Shown here: piece by piece, positions 54,469 through 63,932 of the stretch | Layout of the letters: every line of letters starts with the position of its first letter | How positions within the stretch are numbered: the stretch's first letter is position 1 | Source: Dehalococcoidia bacterium | Lineage (GTDB): Bacteria > Chloroflexota > Dehalococcoidia > Bin125 | Assembly (NCBI GenBank): GCA_965208665.1 | Contig: CBDBPH010000001.1 | Coordinates: 131,045-195,044, forward strand | Length of the DNA stretch: 64,000 nucleotides | Direction: 5' to 3' | Position numbers and translations under genes: made by a program | Notes under the pieces: generated by a model | Seen by the model: only the letters and a program-made list of their open reading frames with translations | What the model was told of the DNA's origin: nothing | The model's database searches: none

Positions 54469-55908
54469 ATGGCACTCCGAACTGCTGCCGAATACGTTGA
54501 GTCACTGCGCGACGGACGAGAAATCTGGTACCGAGGCGAGCGCGTTGACGATGTGACGACGCACCCGACGATCAGCAAGGCGGTCAAGCACGCCTGCATC
54601 GACTACGAGATGGCGGAGTCGGACGAGTATCGCGATCTGGCCACTTACGAGGAGGGTGGCGAGAGCTACTCGGCCTACTACCGCATCCCGCGGAGCACCG
54701 ATGATTTGCTCAATCGGTCGAAGCTGATTGAAGCAGCGACAGCCGAGGGCGACACGCTCGTCGTGCTGATCAAGGAGATCGGGACCGACGCGCTGTTTGC
54801 GCTGCTGGCGGTGACATCCGAGTTCGAGGATCCGGTCTACTTCGAGCGGGCCCAGGCGTTCTACGATCACTGCCGCTCGAACGATCTCTCCCTGGCGGTG
54901 GCGCAGACGGACGCGAAGGGCGATCGGATCCGTCGACCATCGCAGCAGTCTGATCCGGACATGTACCTGCGCGTCGTGGAGCGGCGGCCTGATGGGGTCG
55001 TCGTGCGTGGGGCCAAGGCTCACACCTCGGTGGTGACCAACACCAACGAGGTAATCGTCCTGCCCACTCGGGCAATGGGACCGGATGAAGAGGACTGGGC
55101 GATCGCGTTCGCGCTGCCGGTCGATACGCCGAATCTGCGCTTCATCGCGTCACCGTTCGGCGACGGCGCTCAGCATGAGGGCGAGCGCCCAATCTCGGCA
55201 GTGCGCAAGATGATGGAAACGATCACGATCTTCGACGATGTGTTCGTGCCCAACGATCGAATCTTCCTCGACGGCGACACCGAAGCGGCAGGCAATCTGG
55301 CGCTGACGTTCGTCGAATACCACCGCTTCACTGCGGTCTCGTACAAGCTGCCGTTGATCGACGCGCTGGGCGGCTGCGCGGCGCTGGCGGCGGACTACAA
55401 CGGAATCATTGGGGTCTCGCACGTGCGCGAGAAGTTCGTCGATCTGATCTCGTACGCGGAGACCACGCGCGCGCTGATCGAGAAATCGGCGGAACGTTGC
55501 ATCCCAAAGCCCAACGGTCAGGTGGCGCCCGACCCGATGACGGTCAACCTGGCCAAGTCGCACTTCGCGCATGGCTACCACGAGGCTGTGCAGCACGTTC
55601 AGGAGATCGCGGGCGGGATCCTGGTGACCGGTCCCGGGGACGAGGACTGGGAGACGGAAGAGCTGCGTCCGTTCTTGCAGAAGTATCTGGCCGGGCGCGA
55701 CGGCGTAGACGGCGAGCAACGGATGAGGCTGCTCAACTTCATTCGCGATTTGACGTCGTCCGATTACGGCGCCTACCAGGAAGTGCTGGCGATCCACGCC
55801 GAGGGATCGCTGCAAGCGGAGCGGCTGCAGGTGTTCCGCGCGTTCAACGAAAACGGCAATGCCCGTCGGGTGATGCGTCTCGCCGGTAGAATGGCTGGCG
55901 TCAGGTAG
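54469..55908 (+). CDS. 4-hydroxyphenylacetate 3-hydroxylase / 4-hydroxybutyryl-CoA dehydratase family protein (HpaB/AbfD fold)
   Basis: ~480 aa acyl-CoA-dehydrogenase-like fold with HpaB-family N-terminus (EYVESLRDGREIWYRGERVDDVTTHP). Confidence 0.65.
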   Translation: MALRTAAEYVESLRDGREIWYRGERVDDVTTHPTISKAVKHACIDYEMAESDEYRDLATYEEGGESYSAYYRIPRSTDDLLNRSKLIEAATAEGDTLVVLIKEIGTDALFALLAVTSEFEDPVYFERAQAFYDHCRSNDLSLAVAQTDAKGDRIRRPSQQSDPDMYLRVVERRPDGVVVRGAKAHTSVVTNTNEVIVLPTRAMGPDEEDWAIAFALPVDTPNLRFIASPFGDGAQHEGERPISAVRKMMETITIFDDVFVPNDRIFLDGDTEAAGNLALTFVEYHRFTAVSYKLPLIDALGGCAALAADYNGIIGVSHVREKFVDLISYAETTRALIEKSAERCIPKPNGQVAPDPMTVNLAKSHFAHGYHEAVQHVQEIAGGILVTGPGDEDWETEELRPFLQKYLAGRDGVDGEQRMRLLNFIRDLTSSDYGAYQEVLAIHAEGSLQAERLQVFRAFNENGNARRVMRLAGRMAGVR

Positions 55909-55939
55909 CGCCTTACCGGGCGACTCGGAAATCAGGAGC

Positions 55940-56605
55940 ATGCCGGAACTGCCGCTCTTTCCGCTGCAGATTGTCGTGTTTCCCGGCGAGTCCGTGCCCC
56001 TGCACATTTTTGAGCCCCGCTATCGGCAACTGGTCAAAGACACGCTCGAGACGGGTGATCCATTTGGCATCGTTCTGACGCGCCGCACGCGCCAACAAGC
56101 CAGCGCGGAGGAGCGGGAGCCGACGCATGAGGTCGGCTGCACGGTGCGCATGGAGTCGAACGAAGCGTTCCCCGACGGGCGATTCAACATCGGTTGCGTC
56201 GGCGAGCGTCGCTTCCGGATCATCGAGAAGCTGGGTGAGCGTCCGTACTGGGTGGCCAACGTGGAGTATCTCGACGATCCGGAGGACGCAGAGTCGTCCG
56301 ACGCCTACGCCGCGTACGACACGTCGGCCTCTCTGTACCGCGACCACCTGGGTTTCGCGTTGGCACTCCAGAATTCGTGGCAGAGAACGTATCGCCTGCC
56401 GAAACAGCCCTACCCGCTGGTCAATCACATCGCCTCAAGTATTGAAGCGCCGGCCTCGGTGAAGCAGGAGATCCTGAAGTCGGAATCGACGGTGGAGCAG
56501 CTCAACCTGCTGAGCCGGATCCTGAGGGCTTCAAATCGCCAACTGATGGATCGGGTGAGCCTGCATCACCAGCAGCGATACGAAGGTCTCGGGGTTGGGA
56601 ACTGA
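55940..56605 (+). CDS. Lon N-terminal (LON substrate-binding) domain protein
   Basis: LPLFPLQIVVFPGESVPLHIFEPRYRQLV is the canonical LON N-domain opening; 221 aa stand-alone. Confidence 0.75.
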   Translation: MPELPLFPLQIVVFPGESVPLHIFEPRYRQLVKDTLETGDPFGIVLTRRTRQQASAEEREPTHEVGCTVRMESNEAFPDGRFNIGCVGERRFRIIEKLGERPYWVANVEYLDDPEDAESSDAYAAYDTSASLYRDHLGFALALQNSWQRTYRLPKQPYPLVNHIASSIEAPASVKQEILKSESTVEQLNLLSRILRASNRQLMDRVSLHHQQRYEGLGVGN

Positions 56606-56691
56606 CTGGCGGTCGATACTCGGCGACCGACATCCTCGCAACCGAACGCCCGCGTCTCGCTCACGCTCGTGACACGCAACGCGGGCCAGTC

Positions 56692-57846
56692 CTACAGCGC
56701 GGCGGCGCCGTTTTGTCGCACGTGCCGGGTCACGGTCAGGCGGAGGAGTTCGGTAGGGCCTTCGGCGATTCTCGATGAACGGCTGGTGCGATAGAGGCGC
56801 TCCAATGGATGTCCTCTGAGCAGGGCCTGGGCTCCGTGGAGCTGGATCGCCCGATCGACTGTTCGATGCAGGCACTCGGAGGCGAGCCATTTGGCTGCGG
56901 CGACCTGCGTGCCGGCAGTTGACTCGTCGGCCTCGCGCGCCTCGGCGGCCTGATACAGCGCCGTCCTCGCCGAGAACGTGTCCGCCACCATATCGGCGAA
57001 GATCGCCTGGACCTGTTGTTGCTCGCTGAGCGGCTGACCGCTTCTGTGTGGACCCTCGATTCGCTCGAGCGTTGTGCGATTCGCCCAACGAGCCCAACCA
57101 ACGCAATCCGCCGCGACGCTCAGGCGCATCCGATCGATGTTCTGCAGAGCGCGGGGCAGACCGTCGCCCACGTTACCCAGCAGCCTCGAGGCGGGCACCT
57201 CGACGGACTCGAAGTTGAACGGGGAGTGCGTGCTGCCGTCGATCGATGCGCCCAGCTCGCCTGCCGTTACTCCGTCGGCGTCGCGGTCGATGACGAGCAG
57301 CGCCGTTCCCTCGTCGGGCACGTTGGCAACGACCACAAGCCAGTCCGACGCTGCGCCTCCCGTCACGAAGCCCTTTGTACCGGTGACCAGGAATCCGTCT
57401 GATCCGTTCCCGATTGTGGCTCTCACCGCCTGCGTCGGCTGGCGCGACCCGTCCGGTCGCAGCGCTTCAGTAAAGGCGAAGGCGGCAGTTCGTTCGCCAC
57501 GGACGACGGGGCGGTACAGCTCCTCTCGCTGCGCGTCGTTGTCGGCGAGGCGCATGATCCCTGGGCCCGAGCCAAGCGCGCGCGAGGCGAAGGGATTGCC
57601 GCTCAGCGCCAGCGCCTCGTGGGCCGCGGTGATGACCCGGGGTCCCGCGCCGAGGCCGCCGTCGGACTCGGGGACCGCCAGTTGATAGAAGCCGGCATCA
57701 TCCGATCTCCTGGCGATCTCGCGGCGTAGCTCTGGCGATGGGGACTCGGGGTCTGCGCCGGTCGTGATTGGGTCAATCTCTTCCTGGACGAAGGTGAGCA
57801 GTCGAGACTGTAGGTCCGCGAGGTCGTCGGCCAGTTCAAAGTGCAT
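56692..57846 (-). CDS. acyl-CoA dehydrogenase family protein
   Basis: 384 aa; ACAD three-domain pattern, C-terminal catalytic region ...RIAEGPTELLRLTV... Confidence 0.75.
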   Translation of the reverse strand: MHFELADDLADLQSRLLTFVQEEIDPITTGADPESPSPELRREIARRSDDAGFYQLAVPESDGGLGAGPRVITAAHEALALSGNPFASRALGSGPGIMRLADNDAQREELYRPVVRGERTAAFAFTEALRPDGSRQPTQAVRATIGNGSDGFLVTGTKGFVTGGAASDWLVVVANVPDEGTALLVIDRDADGVTAGELGASIDGSTHSPFNFESVEVPASRLLGNVGDGLPRALQNIDRMRLSVAADCVGWARWANRTTLERIEGPHRSGQPLSEQQQVQAIFADMVADTFSARTALYQAAEAREADESTAGTQVAAAKWLASECLHRTVDRAIQLHGAQALLRGHPLERLYRTSRSSRIAEGPTELLRLTVTRHVRQNGAAAL

Positions 57847-57898
57847 CAGTACGGCTCCGAGATCGGTGAAGCAGGGACATGCTCATCTGTGGATACCG

Positions 57899-59068
57899 CT
57901 AATCGGCCATCTGCGCCAGTTCGAATTCGCGCAGTTCCGGCGTTCGCGCCTGAGTCAATGCGACGCCCAGCAGGCGAGCAGAGCCCAGCATCAGCCGGGC
58001 ATGGACCAGTTCGCTGTCCGATGCATCGGCCCGGGCGAGCAGGATCACTCCGGCCGCAGACTCCAGGACGTCAATGGTGGCCTCGTCGCTGAGCGAGTCG
58101 GTGAGCAGAATGACGTAACCGTTGGTGCGGCGAGCCTCCGTCGCGGCGCGCAGCATCAACTCCGATCGGCGCAGCGGTGTCCATGTCCCGCCGCCCAGCC
58201 AGGTGGGCGGGGCGGTGTATGCGAGCTCGAAGGCCGGCCGCCGGCCATCCAACCAGACCACAGGTCGACCACGGGCCGCAAGCGTGCGAGCGGTCCGGAT
58301 CAGGGTGGCGGTGACGCCGGACGCATCGTCGAGCGGCACGAGCGCGACGATTCCGGACACATCATTGATCGCGTTGGCGAGCAGCACGGCTTCGTCCTTG
58401 CTTCCGCGCTCTTCTGTTGCCCGGACGACCACGCCGGACGACTGCCCGGTCGCGTCGGCGGAGCCGTGTTCTGCTTCGGCGGATATGACGGCCAGGGGCC
58501 GGAAGCCGATTCGACCGAGCCGACCGAGGGCCGAGGCGGGACCACTCGACCTCCTGGCAGTGCCCCAGGCCAACGCAAGACCGCCGGCCAAGCCGATTGC
58601 CGAGGCCCAGGCTGCCGCCCATTCCGTCGCCGGCGCGACCTTCCTCGCGCCCGGCCGAACCAGTCCGAGCACATCGAGGCCCGCATCTTCGCCGTAACGG
58701 ACGTAGGCTTCGTTGACCGTTGCATGAGCGAGCGAAATCGCGAGGGCTTCGGCGTCGGCCTCGCGCGGGGCACGCACCGTCACGCGGATCAACGTATCGG
58801 TCAGTTCGATCGCGATGCCGTCGAGTTCCGGCGCTCCGTGCTCGGTGGCCATCATGCCGGAAGTGGCCGCATCCTGGACTGCCGGGTCCAGTACCAGCTC
58901 CGCATATTCGGCAGCGGTGGGACCTTCGCGCGCCCAGAGATGCACGTCGGCGTCCCAGGCGGACGCGACCGTCTGGGAGGCGAGGACCGCAATCGCAGCA
59001 GCCAGCGCCGCCATAACGAGCGGCAACCACCAGGCGAACCCGTCCCGAAGTCCTCGCGTCGTCGGCAC
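57899..59068 (-). CDS. membrane-anchored hypothetical protein with degenerate ParA/BY-kinase-like C-terminal domain
   Basis: N-terminal TM, ~130-aa extracytoplasmic segment, second TM, then ParA-like strands (VVWLDGRRP..., VILLTDSL...VILLARADASD) but no intact Walker A GKT/S. Confidence 0.35.
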   Translation of the reverse strand: MPTTRGLRDGFAWWLPLVMAALAAAIAVLASQTVASAWDADVHLWAREGPTAAEYAELVLDPAVQDAATSGMMATEHGAPELDGIAIELTDTLIRVTVRAPREADAEALAISLAHATVNEAYVRYGEDAGLDVLGLVRPGARKVAPATEWAAAWASAIGLAGGLALAWGTARRSSGPASALGRLGRIGFRPLAVISAEAEHGSADATGQSSGVVVRATEERGSKDEAVLLANAINDVSGIVALVPLDDASGVTATLIRTARTLAARGRPVVWLDGRRPAFELAYTAPPTWLGGGTWTPLRRSELMLRAATEARRTNGYVILLTDSLSDEATIDVLESAAGVILLARADASDSELVHARLMLGSARLLGVALTQARTPELREFELAQMAD

Positions 59069-59240
59069 AGTTCGAGTGTATCTGTGCGAGTGGCGGCCAC
59101 AGCCGGCTGAACGGTCGATTTACGTACGGTTTCAACGGGTCTCCGGGGCCGGATTGACGCACACAGCTTCTGTCGGGTGCAGTGAAGCGAGACGGGATTA
59201 CGTCGGTATGGAACACCGCCCGCTCAAGTAATCTCGGGCC

Positions 59241-62200
59241 ATGCGACGCGGCTTCCATTTCCTGTGCCTGGCGGTCCTCGTGACGGCGATATGCTCCCTG
59301 CTCGCCCGGAGCGCGGGGGCGGCTGAGGTCCGCGTACACGTCGATGTGCGAATCGAACAGTCCGGACCGCAGACCGAGCGGCTATTGACTGAAGCGGGTC
59401 TCGAGATCGAGCTCGCGGATTCGGAGCTCGGACGCTGGCAAGGCTGGCTGGACGCGAGTCGAATCGAGGAGATCTGGGCGCTCGATGGCGTTGTCGCGAT
59501 TCAACGCCCGCTCTATGCGAGCTTCGCTGCCGGCAGCGCACTGACCGAGGGCGATGAAGCGCTGAACGCCTCGCTCGCGCGCACGCGATTCAATGTCGAC
59601 GGCTCGGGGGTTCGGGTCGCGGTGGTTTCCGATGGCATCAAGGGACTTGAACAGGCGCAGCGCGCCGGAGAAGCTCCCAAACTGGGCGACGCGAGAGCGT
59701 TCGGGGCTGGGGATCTCAACCGAGGTCAAGAAGGCACCGTGATGATTGAGATCGTCCACGATCTTGCGCCGGGCGCCGAAATCTTCTTCGCGGCAGTCAC
59801 AACTGATCTTGATCACATCGCCGCCGTCAAACACTACGCGCGATACGTGGACATCATTGTCGACGACGTGTCGTATGCCTTCCCCGCCGATCAGCGGAGC
59901 GACGTCTCGGTGAATACCACGCGGGCTCTGGAACACCCCAACTGGCCGCTGCGACTTTACGTGACCGCGGCGGGCAACTGGGCTGAATCCCACTGGGCCG
60001 GACCCTGGCGCGCTGGTGTCAGTGCGGTTGACCTCGGTCTGCCACAGCCTGGGACGGTGCATGCGTTCAGCGCCTCGGGCGGGCCGGAGCCTCTGTACGG
60101 AGCCGGCAACGGCATCCGCGTTGAGCCGGGTGACCACATCCGTCTGGCGTTGTTCTGGGACGATCAATGGGGCGGATCGACCAACGACTACGACCTCTAC
60201 CTCATGTCCAGCGTCGGCATAATCCTGGCCTCGAGCGAGACGCGCCAGGGCATCGGCATCCTCAATCACTATCCACGTGAGCACCTGGAATACGTGCATG
60301 AGGGCGAGGCGATCTACGTCTACGTCGTCATCCAGAACCGCAACGACGACGCCGCTTCGGTGAACTTCGACCTCTTCGCCTTTCATCTCGGCGGGATTCA
60401 GCTTCGCCTGCACCACCGTACGGCCGAGGGCAGCATCCTCGCCCAATCCGATGCCGACGGCGCGCTCACGGTCGGCGCGGTGAACGTCGGCGAGCAGACG
60501 GTGGCGCCTTACTCGAGCCGAGGACCGACAATCAACGGAGACCCTAAGCCTGAGATCAGCGCCGTCGACCGCGTGACCGTTTCCGATACGACGCGCTTTG
60601 CGCCGCGCTTCTCGGGTTCATCGGCGGCGGCGCCTCATGTCGCCGGTGTGGCGGCGCTCATGCTTGAGGCTCAACCGGTGCTGTTGTCGCTTGACGGCGG
60701 GAACGCCATCCTCGAACGTCGACTGATCCGCGAGATCCTGATCGACACGGCCGTCGACATTCCTCCCGCAGGTCCCGACCTCGCTTCGGGCGCGGGCCTG
60801 ATCGATGCAGATGCAGCGTTGGAGCTTGCGCGCAACGGAGCGGCAGTCGTCAGGTCGGAAGCGGACAGCGGACCCGGAACGCTCAGACAGGCTCTGTCGA
60901 GCGGCGCCAGGATCATCGTCTTCCAGGCCGATCGAGCCACGCCAACCATCGTGCTGGAGTCTCCCCTTCCGGCCGTCCCGCCGGACACCATCCTCGACGG
61001 CACTGATTGGAGCATCGATGCGTCGGGTGTCGATGTGGGTCTCGAACTTGGCGATGGCGCTGAACTCTGGGGGCTGACCATCTACGGCGCCAACGACGCT
61101 GCCATCCTGCTCAGCGGGGACAACACCCGAGTCTCGAACGTAGAGACCCGTTACAACCGGGTCGGCATTTTGGTGGCCGGCTTGAACGCTCAAATCGAAG
61201 CCGTCAGCGTCGTCAACAGCTCCTCGCACGGCATCGTCGTGGGACCGGCGGCGTCCGCCTCCATTTCGGCCAGCATGATCGAACGGAACCGCGACTCCGG
61301 CGTGAGCGTCGACGCCGCTGCCGGCGATGTACTCATCGGGCCACTCGACGATCCCCCGGCGCTGGCGTCTGCCAGTGTGTCGTGGCCACCGATCGGCCCG
61401 ATCGATTCGGCCGCGATCGAGCCTCGGACGGGCCGCTCGCACCGTGTTGCGGGAACGGTAAGCATCGATGGCTTGCCCGCGCCGTCCGGCACGTCCGTGG
61501 ACATCTATCTCGATCGGCGGCTCGCCGCATCGGTCAGTGCTGACGATTTCGCCGGCTTCAGCGCGACGATCACCGGTCCAGGGGCCGAGTTGCGGTTCGC
61601 GGTCAACCAGGTTGCGATTGCGCAGCGGCTCGACTTCGCCGCCGGGGCCGATTCGAGAGTCACCTTGCGGGCAACGACCGCGTCGCTGCTCATCTCGGCG
61701 AATGGCAGCGACGATTTCTCGGCGGGGGCCAACCTGATTCGTGACAACCGGGTCGGGATTGATATTCGTTCAACGCCAGCGGCGCAGACGGGTAGGCGGT
61801 TTGTGTGGGGCAACCGGATGCAGGGCAATCGCTTGAGCATTTCCTCGGCCCTGAGCGCGCCGGTCATCGAGGACTACAGCTGGAGTGCTGCCGGCCTCAA
61901 CGTTTCGGGCACGGCGCAGCACGCGACGATCGCGCATCTCTACACGGGTCCCCGCAACGAACGTCGCTTCGCCGCCGCGGTTCCCGTCCTCGACGGCCGA
62001 TTTCGCTTCGAGGACATCGGCGTCGATGCACTGGCCTCGGAGTTCTCCGTGATCGGTCACAGCGAGTCGGGTTACGCCACGTCGGAAAGCGAGGCGTTGG
62101 CCATGTCTCCGCAGGGCAAGATCACCAGCATTACACCAGCTCGCGGATACATCGATGGAGGCGAATCCGTCCAGATTTGCGGAGCGGGCTTGGCCACCGA

Positions 62201-62633
62201 CGCGATGGCGCCAAGGGTCTGGTTCGGCAATCAGCAGGCTCGCATCGCGTTCTGGTCCGAGCAATGCGTGACGGTTACGACGCCGCCTGCGGCGGCCGGT
62301 CGAGCGGACGTCGCCGTATTGCTGACCGGTCAGCGCCCGATCCTCGTCGAGAGTGCCTTCGACTACCGAGCGGAGCGCATCGTCCGACTGCGGCAAGGTT
62401 GGAACTTCGTCACCTGGAGCGGGCCGACGACGCGCGTCACCAATGCGCTGGCCCCGCTCGCAGGTGCGGCCCTGGACGTCTACTCGTGGGACGCGATTCA
62501 GCAGCAATGGCGGCTGTTCTCGACGAGTTTGCCACCGCGCCTCAATACCCTGCGGACGATCAGCCACGACCAGCCGCTCTGGATCTTCCTCGATTCAGCG
62601 GACGTCGATTGGCTTCAGCCATCGCCCAGATAG
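59241..62633 (+). CDS. secreted subtilisin-like (S8) serine peptidase with right-handed beta-helix region and C-terminal IPT/TIG domain
   Basis: Signal peptide; catalytic triad regions VRVAVVSDGI (Asp), EGTVMIEIVHDLAPG (His), GSSAAAPHVAGVAAL (Ser); parallel beta-helix-like repeats (NDAAILLSGDNTRVSNVE...VGILVAG...); IPT-like ITSITPARGYIDGGESVQICGAGL. Confidence 0.7.
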   Translation: MRRGFHFLCLAVLVTAICSLLARSAGAAEVRVHVDVRIEQSGPQTERLLTEAGLEIELADSELGRWQGWLDASRIEEIWALDGVVAIQRPLYASFAAGSALTEGDEALNASLARTRFNVDGSGVRVAVVSDGIKGLEQAQRAGEAPKLGDARAFGAGDLNRGQEGTVMIEIVHDLAPGAEIFFAAVTTDLDHIAAVKHYARYVDIIVDDVSYAFPADQRSDVSVNTTRALEHPNWPLRLYVTAAGNWAESHWAGPWRAGVSAVDLGLPQPGTVHAFSASGGPEPLYGAGNGIRVEPGDHIRLALFWDDQWGGSTNDYDLYLMSSVGIILASSETRQGIGILNHYPREHLEYVHEGEAIYVYVVIQNRNDDAASVNFDLFAFHLGGIQLRLHHRTAEGSILAQSDADGALTVGAVNVGEQTVAPYSSRGPTINGDPKPEISAVDRVTVSDTTRFAPRFSGSSAAAPHVAGVAALMLEAQPVLLSLDGGNAILERRLIREILIDTAVDIPPAGPDLASGAGLIDADAALELARNGAAVVRSEADSGPGTLRQALSSGARIIVFQADRATPTIVLESPLPAVPPDTILDGTDWSIDASGVDVGLELGDGAELWGLTIYGANDAAILLSGDNTRVSNVETRYNRVGILVAGLNAQIEAVSVVNSSSHGIVVGPAASASISASMIERNRDSGVSVDAAAGDVLIGPLDDPPALASASVSWPPIGPIDSAAIEPRTGRSHRVAGTVSIDGLPAPSGTSVDIYLDRRLAASVSADDFAGFSATITGPGAELRFAVNQVAIAQRLDFAAGADSRVTLRATTASLLISANGSDDFSAGANLIRDNRVGIDIRSTPAAQTGRRFVWGNRMQGNRLSISSALSAPVIEDYSWSAAGLNVSGTAQHATIAHLYTGPRNERRFAAAVPVLDGRFRFEDIGVDALASEFSVIGHSESGYATSESEALAMSPQGKITSITPARGYIDGGESVQICGAGLATDAMAPRVWFGNQQARIAFWSEQCVTVTTPPAAAGRADVAVLLTGQRPILVESAFDYRAERIVRLRQGWNFVTWSGPTTRVTNALAPLAGAALDVYSWDAIQQQWRLFSTSLPPRLNTLRTISHDQPLWIFLDSADVDWLQPSPR

Positions 62634-62705
62634 GGCGGCCCGACCACTCGTTATCATCGAGTCGAACCAGATCCAGCAACCTTCCGTACCCGAGAGGACT
62701 CTCGC

Positions 62706-63542
62706 GTGGCCATCACCAAGTTTGAAGATCCGCAAGCCGGTGTCGACCTGGGCTCGGCAACGGTCGTCATTGACGAGACCGCGTTGAGCGATTACTTCGA
62801 GGGCCTGGAGCTCGAGCGGCCGGGTGAACTTGAAAGTGCACCCTCGATGGTCGCTGCCAACGCCGACCTCTCGACGCGCATGCACTACGCCAACGACTTC
62901 GGCAATCTCTGGCTGCGCCAGGAGTGGGATTTCCGCAAGCCGCTCAAGCCCGGCGGAAGCTACGAGGCCTCCTGCCGGTCGCTCGACGTCTACGACCGCC
63001 GCGACCGCAGCGTGATTCTGACCGAAACCGTCGTCAAGGACGACGTCGGAGACATCGCCGTGGCGATGCGTCATCACCAGTCGTTCGTGCTCTACCAGAG
63101 CGAGGGTCAGGTGACGCTGCGCGACCCGTCGAAGAAAGAGGGCGCGAGAAGCTACGCATTGCCTGAAGGCGAGGCGTTTGGACCCTTGGTACGGACCATC
63201 TCGCTTGAGATGTGCGGCTCCTTCTTCCATGGCGATCGCAACTATCACACCGACAAGGAAGCGTCCGAAGAACTCGGCTTCACCGACGTCGTGGTCGGCG
63301 GCAAGATGACGATGTCGCTGATCGGCGAGCTGCTCGATCAACGGTTCGGCGACGCCTGGAAGTCCTCCGGGAAGCTGCTGGTCAAGTTCGCCAACATCGT
63401 TTGGCCGAACGAGACCGTCGCCGTCAAGGGCGTGCTGCAGGGCGTCAATCAGGACGACCCGGAGCGCCGCAACATCGCCTGTTGGGTCGAGAAGGACAAC
63501 GGGGTCACCGCGGTGGTCGCCGAGGGCAGCCTCAAGCTCTGA
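62706..63542 (+). CDS. MaoC-like (double hotdog) dehydratase family protein
   Basis: GTG start with GAGAGGA RBS 9 nt upstream; C-terminal hotdog TDVVVGGKMTMSLIGELL; N-terminal hotdog-like half. Confidence 0.65.
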   Translation: MAITKFEDPQAGVDLGSATVVIDETALSDYFEGLELERPGELESAPSMVAANADLSTRMHYANDFGNLWLRQEWDFRKPLKPGGSYEASCRSLDVYDRRDRSVILTETVVKDDVGDIAVAMRHHQSFVLYQSEGQVTLRDPSKKEGARSYALPEGEAFGPLVRTISLEMCGSFFHGDRNYHTDKEASEELGFTDVVVGGKMTMSLIGELLDQRFGDAWKSSGKLLVKFANIVWPNETVAVKGVLQGVNQDDPERRNIACWVEKDNGVTAVVAEGSLKL

Positions 63543-63566
63543 TCCGTTCGCGGCAGGGAAATTGCG

Positions 63567-63932
63567 ATGCCTGCCGATATCACCGTCTTCGTACCGATCG
63601 GCATGAGGCCGTTGACCAACGGTCAGCGCGTGGTGCCCGCCACCGGGCGTACGGTCGCAGAAGTGGTCGACGACCTCGAGGCGAACTACCCGGGATTTCA
63701 CGAGTCGCTGGTCGAAGGGAGCCGTTTGAAGCGGGGCCTGACCATCGCCGTCAACAGTGTCGAACAGCCGCTCGGACTGCTGGCCAAGGTTCCGCCCAAC
63801 GCTGAGGTCCACATCCTGCCGGCGATGGCAGGCGGGCAGCATTGTCGGGCTGCGATTCCCTGCCGATATCATGCCGATGTCCCCCGCAGCGCCCAGCCAA
63901 CGTACGAGCCAAGGAAGTGGAGCCGCCGATGA
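63567..63932 (+). CDS. MoaD/ThiS-like beta-grasp protein whose Gly-Gly (AMAGG) is followed by a 31-aa extension
   Basis: ~90-aa beta-grasp-like sequence ending ...HILPAMAGG, then QHCRAAIPCRYHADVPRSAQPTYEPRKWSRR before the stop; stop overlaps the next start (ATGA). Confidence 0.45.
   Translation: MPADITVFVPIGMRPLTNGQRVVPATGRTVAEVVDDLEANYPGFHESLVEGSRLKRGLTIAVNSVEQPLGLLAKVPPNAEVHILPAMAGGQHCRAAIPCRYHADVPRSAQPTYEPRKWSRR

Noticed and set aside
56648-56686. Inverted repeat GCCCGCGT...ACGCGGGC between convergent LON-domain and acyl-CoA dehydrogenase genes as a terminator
   Set aside because: The 8-bp stem encloses a 23-nt loop with no U-tract. It is more likely an incidental palindrome or protein-binding site than an intrinsic terminator, so it was not listed as a feature.
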